A DNA stretch of 64,000 nucleotides, taken from contig NZ_LT599032.1 in NCBI RefSeq assembly GCF_900079725.1, forward strand, positions 1,170,871 through 1,234,870. Direction: 5' to 3'. This document shows, in pieces, positions 60,015-64,000 of the stretch; the stretch's first letter is position 1, and each line of letters begins with the position of its first letter. The notes under the pieces were generated by a model. It ran no database searches, was not told the DNA's origin, and was given only the letters and a program-made list of their open reading frames with translations. Source of the stretch: an uncultured Dysgonomonas sp. Its GTDB lineage: Bacteria; Bacteroidota; Bacteroidia; Bacteroidales; Dysgonomonadaceae. Made by a program: the position numbers and the translations under genes.

Positions 60015-60716
60015 ATGAGTTGGTTACTTAAATCTTCTATTGGTAAGAAGTTGATAATGAGTATCACTGGTATCGCTCTTATCTTGTTTTTGCTGTTTCA
60101 CGCTTCGATGAACGTGACGGCTGTATTTTCGGAGGATGCCTACAATACCATCTGTGCTTTGTTAGGAGCTAATTGGTATGCTGTAGCGGGAACTGCTGCT
60201 TTGGGTGCGCTTGTTGCCATCCACTTCATCTACGCTCTTATTCTGACTTTACAAAACCGTAAGGCCCGCGGAGGTGATGCTTATGCAGTAAACGTACGTC
60301 CTAAACATGTGGAGTGGGCATCACAAAACATGTTTGTCCTGGGTGTAATTGTCATTGGTTTCATGGTGCTTCACTTTAGCCAGTTCTGGTATAAGATGAT
60401 GTTTACCGAACTGATGGGACATCACGAAGTGGCACTTGGTGGCGAAATGGTTTCTCCTCAGGATGGAGCCGCTTTTATCAAGTATTATTTCAGCCAGACT
60501 TGGGTTGTGGTCGCATATCTTGTTTGGTATGTTGCATTGTGGTTCCACTTATCTCACGGATTTTGGAGTGCAGTTCAAACTATCGGTTGGAACAATCTGG
60601 TTTGGATGAATCGCTGGAAAGTGATCAGTCAGGTACTTGCCACTATTATTTGTCTGGCATTTGCTTTTGTAACCATCTACTTTTATGCAAGACATTTACT
60701 TTGTCCGTTTTGTTAA
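60015..60716 (+). CDS. sdhC: Succinate dehydrogenase/fumarate reductase cytochrome b subunit
   Basis: SSIGKKLIMSITG, FLLFH, HLSHGFWSA.QT.G. Confidence 0.93.
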   Translation: MSWLLKSSIGKKLIMSITGIALILFLLFHASMNVTAVFSEDAYNTICALLGANWYAVAGTAALGALVAIHFIYALILTLQNRKARGGDAYAVNVRPKHVEWASQNMFVLGVIVIGFMVLHFSQFWYKMMFTELMGHHEVALGGEMVSPQDGAAFIKYYFSQTWVVVAYLVWYVALWFHLSHGFWSAVQTIGWNNLVWMNRWKVISQVLATIICLAFAFVTIYFYARHLLCPFC

Positions 60717-60760
60717 GTAGGCACTGATTATTTTTGTTAAAGATTAAAAGAAAAACAGAT

Positions 60761-62734
60761 ATGAGTAATATACTAGATCCAAAAAAAGATTCAAAAATAC
60801 CTGAAGGACCATTGGCAGAAAAATGGACCAACTATAAGGCGCACCAGAAATTGGTGAATCCTGCTAACAAACGTCGCCTCGACATTATTGTAGTAGGTAC
60901 AGGTCTTGCAGGAGCATCGGCAGCCGCTTCTCTTGGAGAAATGGGCTTCAATGTTCTTAACTTCTGTATTCAGGATTCTCCTCGCCGTGCACACTCGATT
61001 GCAGCACAGGGAGGTATCAATGCTGCAAAGAATTACCAAAATGATGGTGACTCGGTTTACCGTCTTTTCTACGATACTATCAAAGGAGGTGACTACCGTG
61101 CCCGCGAAGCAAACGTTTACCGTCTTGCCGAGGTTGCAAACAGTATCATCGACCAGTGTGTGGCTCAGGGAGTTCCTTTTGCCCGCGAATACGGAGGCTT
61201 GCTTGACAACCGTTCGTTCGGTGGTGCACAGGTGTCGCGTACATTTTACGCTAAAGGACAGACAGGCCAACAATTGTTACTGGGTGCATATTCTGCATTG
61301 AGCCGTCAGGTACACAAAGGTAGCGTGAAACTATATACCCGCTATGAGATGCTCGATGTTGTTCTTGTCAAAGACAAAGACGGAGAAGAGCGTGCACGTG
61401 GTATTATTGCCCGTAACCTTGTTACAGGTAAACTTGAGCGTTTCGCAGCACATGCGGTCGTTATTGCTACCGGTGGATATGGTAATACATTCTTCCTTTC
61501 TACCAATGCAATGGGCTCGAACGGTTCGGCAGCAATACAGGCTTATAAAAAAGGTGCTTATTTCGCAAACCCTTGTTTCGCTCAGATTCACCCGACATGT
61601 ATTCCTGTTCACGGTGAATTCCAATCTAAGCTGACTCTGATGTCAGAATCGCTTCGTAACGATGGACGTATCTGGGTTCCTAAAAAGAAAGAAGATGCTG
61701 AAGCTATCCGTGCAGGCAAACTGAAACCGACTCAGTTGAAAGAAGAAGACAGGGATTACTATCTGGAAAGACGCTATCCGGCCTTCGGTAATCTTGTACC
61801 TCGTGACGTTGCGTCACGTGCAGCTAAAGAGAGATGTGATGCCGGCTTTGGTGTAGGTTCTACAGGCTTGGCTGTTTATCTTGATTTCTCTGATGCTATC
61901 AACCGTCTTGGAAGAGACGTGGTTGAAGCCAAATATGGTAACCTGTTCCAGATGTATGACAAAATTGTAGACGAAAATCCATACGAAACACCGATGATGA
62001 TTTATCCGGCTATCCACTATACAATGGGTGGTATCTGGGTAGACTATGAGTTGATGACTTCTATCAAAGGCTTGTTTGCTCTTGGTGAAGCTAACTTCTC
62101 TGATCATGGAGCTAACCGCTTGGGAGCATCTGCTCTGATGCAGGGATTGGCTGACGGATATTTCGTATTACCATATACAATCCAGAATTATCTGGCCGAC
62201 CAGATTTCTGTTCCTCGCTTCAGCACCGATCTGCCTGAATTTGCTCAGACAGAAAATGATATTAAGGAGAAAGTTGCCAAATTAATGAATATTAAGGGGA
62301 AACGTTCTGTTGACTCTATCCATAAGGAATTGGGGCTTATCATGTGGGATTTTGTAGGTATGGGCCGTACAAAGGAATCTTTGGAAGCAGCAATCGAGAA
62401 ATTGAAAGCTGTGAAAAAGGAATTCTGGTCAAATGTCCGCATCCCAGGTGAAGCTACCAGCCTGAATACTGAGCTTGAAAAAGCATTGCGTTTAGCAGAC
62501 TTTATCGAGATAGGCTTATTGATGGCATATGATGGATTGAATCGTAATGAGTCTTGTGGAGGCCACTTCCGTGAAGAATATCAGACACCGGAAGGTGAGG
62601 CTATGCGTGATGATGAACATTATTCTTATGTTGCCTGCTGGAAATATGAAGGTGAAGAGCAAGCTCCTGAGCTTGTGAAGGAACCTCTCGACTATGAATT
62701 TGTAGTTAGACAACAAAGAAATTACAAGGCTTAA
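60761..62734 (+). CDS. sdhA: Succinate dehydrogenase/fumarate reductase flavoprotein subunit
   Basis: [48 protein letters not shown]; start set at ATG 60761. Confidence 0.96.
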   Translation: MSNILDPKKDSKIPEGPLAEKWTNYKAHQKLVNPANKRRLDIIVVGTGLAGASAAASLGEMGFNVLNFCIQDSPRRAHSIAAQGGINAAKNYQNDGDSVYRLFYDTIKGGDYRAREANVYRLAEVANSIIDQCVAQGVPFAREYGGLLDNRSFGGAQVSRTFYAKGQTGQQLLLGAYSALSRQVHKGSVKLYTRYEMLDVVLVKDKDGEERARGIIARNLVTGKLERFAAHAVVIATGGYGNTFFLSTNAMGSNGSAAIQAYKKGAYFANPCFAQIHPTCIPVHGEFQSKLTLMSESLRNDGRIWVPKKKEDAEAIRAGKLKPTQLKEEDRDYYLERRYPAFGNLVPRDVASRAAKERCDAGFGVGSTGLAVYLDFSDAINRLGRDVVEAKYGNLFQMYDKIVDENPYETPMMIYPAIHYTMGGIWVDYELMTSIKGLFALGEANFSDHGANRLGASALMQGLADGYFVLPYTIQNYLADQISVPRFSTDLPEFAQTENDIKEKVAKLMNIKGKRSVDSIHKELGLIMWDFVGMGRTKESLEAAIEKLKAVKKEFWSNVRIPGEATSLNTELEKALRLADFIEIGLLMAYDGLNRNESCGGHFREEYQTPEGEAMRDDEHYSYVACWKYEGEEQAPELVKEPLDYEFVVRQQRNYKA

Positions 62735-62737
62735 ATC

Positions 62738-62769
62738 AGTTGACGAGTTAACAAGTAAACGAGTAGACA
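62738..62769 (+). repeat. 4 x 8-bp tandem repeat upstream of the four-helix-bundle gene
   Basis: AGTTGACG AGTTAACA AGTAAACG AGTAGACA. Confidence 0.8.
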
Positions 62770-62780
62770 AGTTTTTGAAA

Positions 62781-63134
62781 ATGGGAACTCATAAGGATTT
62801 GATTGTTTGGCAGAAGAGTATCAGTTTGGTGAAACAGATATATGTTGAAACTAAATCCTTTCCAAATGAAGAGTTATTTGGCTTAGTTTCTCAAATGAGG
62901 CGTTCATCTGTTTCTGTACCTTCCAATATAGCAGAAGGATTTGGTAGAGGTTCAAAAAAAGAATGTACACATTTTGTATACATTGCTTTAGGTTCTGCCT
63001 CGGAATTGGAAACACAAATGATAATTTCCAGAGAATTAGAATATTTATCAGAAATTGTGTACCAAACGCTGAATGCTTTACTTAACGAAATAATTAAAAT
63101 GTTGTCAGCTTTAATAAATTCTTTAAAACAATAA
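62781..63134 (+). CDS. Four helix bundle protein (23S rRNA IVP / TIGR02436-like)
   Basis: HKDLIVWQKS...FP.EELFGLVSQMRRSSVSVPSNIAEGFGR...GSASELETQ; ATG at 62781. Confidence 0.92.
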   Translation: MGTHKDLIVWQKSISLVKQIYVETKSFPNEELFGLVSQMRRSSVSVPSNIAEGFGRGSKKECTHFVYIALGSASELETQMIISRELEYLSEIVYQTLNALLNEIIKMLSALINSLKQ

Positions 63135-63135
63135 A

Positions 63136-63171
<36 letters not shown>

Positions 63172-63186
63172 TAAAAACTCAAAAAA

Positions 63187-63942
63187 ATGGAAAAATTAAT
63201 CAATATAACATTAAAAGTTTGGCGTCAGAGAGGTCCTCAGGAAAAAGGAGCTTTTGAGACATATCCATTAAAAGGCATTTCTACAGAAAGTTCTTTTCTT
63301 GAGATGTTGGATATTTTGAATGAAAACTTAATCAACGAAGGCAAAGAGCCTGTCGTGTTCGATCACGACTGCCGCGAAGGTATCTGTGGTATGTGTAGCC
63401 TTTATATAAACGGACATCCTCACGGACCGGACGAAGATATTACAACATGCCAGCTGCATATGCGTAAATTTAAGGATGGTGAAACCATTACAGTTGAGCC
63501 TTGGCGTTCGGCAGGTTTCCCTGTTATCCGCGACTTGATGGTAGACCGTACTGCTTTCGATAAAATCATGCAGGCAGGAGGTTATGTTAGTGTAAACACG
63601 GGAGGTATACCGGATGCTAATGCAATACCTATTCCTAAGACAGATGCTGACGAAGCTATGGATGCAGCATCATGTATCGGTTGTGGAGCATGTGTTGCTG
63701 CATGTAAGAACGGATCGGCTATGTTGTTTGTATCCGCTAAAGTAAGCCAGTTGGCGCTTCTTCCACAGGGACGTGTAGAAGCAGCACGCCGTGCAAAAGC
63801 AATGGTTAGCAAAATGGACGAACTTGGCTTCGGTAACTGTACAAATACACAGGCTTGTGAAGTACAATGTCCGAAGAACGTATCTATTGCAAATATTGCC
63901 CGCATGAACCGCGAGTTCCTAAAAGCAAAATTCAAAGACTAG
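63187..63942 (+). CDS. sdhB: Succinate dehydrogenase/fumarate reductase Fe-S subunit
   Basis: [34 protein letters not shown]. Confidence 0.96.
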   Translation: MEKLINITLKVWRQRGPQEKGAFETYPLKGISTESSFLEMLDILNENLINEGKEPVVFDHDCREGICGMCSLYINGHPHGPDEDITTCQLHMRKFKDGETITVEPWRSAGFPVIRDLMVDRTAFDKIMQAGGYVSVNTGGIPDANAIPIPKTDADEAMDAASCIGCGACVAACKNGSAMLFVSAKVSQLALLPQGRVEAARRAKAMVSKMDELGFGNCTNTQACEVQCPKNVSIANIARMNREFLKAKFKD

Positions 63943-63963
63943 TAAGTTTTGATTATAGAATTG

Positions 63964-63993
63964 AAAGCGGCTATCTGTAGATAGTCGCTTTTT
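63964..63993 (+). terminator. Terminator after sdhB
   Basis: AAAGCGGCTATCT-gt-AGATAGTCGCTTTTT. Confidence 0.8.
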
Positions 63994-64000
63994 GTTTTGT

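Noticed and set aside
56410..63134. Diversity-generating retroelement (FGE-sulfatase-fold protein plus Avd-like four-helix bundle)
   Set aside because: No reverse transcriptase and no TR/VR pair seen; the FGE-fold protein is PorK in a T9SS context

Overview
Chromosomal window from an AT-rich Bacteroidales genome. Bacteroidetes TAnnTTTG promoters, T9SS genes and the gene content suggest a Dysgonomonas-like organism (inference). It carries about 50 housekeeping and envelope genes: cysE, gdhA, mtgA, pspC-padR-pspC, an ECF sigma/anti-sigma pair, a TonB-dependent receptor, dprA, ugd, rluF, purL, BlaI/BlaR1, miaA, porP-porK-porN and sdhCAB. I saw no rRNA, tRNA, CRISPR array, integrase or transposase. 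The main signal is intergenic. (1) A dispersed cassette family is marked by the doublet AAAAGGTAACAAAGGT(A/T)ACA (8 copies in 4 loci) and a shared TCAAAGA...TATAGATAAA end. One copy encloses an orphan terminase-small-subunit-like HTH gene, one lies inside an ISAs1-like MITE with target duplication, and two share an identical 30-bp micro-insertion. (2) A four-helix-bundle gene sits between sdhA and sdhB, bracketed by inverted 8-bp/7-bp tandem repeats that recur inside the cassettes. (3) The T9SS locus lacks porL/porM. (4) There are also several REP/MITE classes, a candidate sRNA, twin ECF promoters and a nonsense pseudogene.
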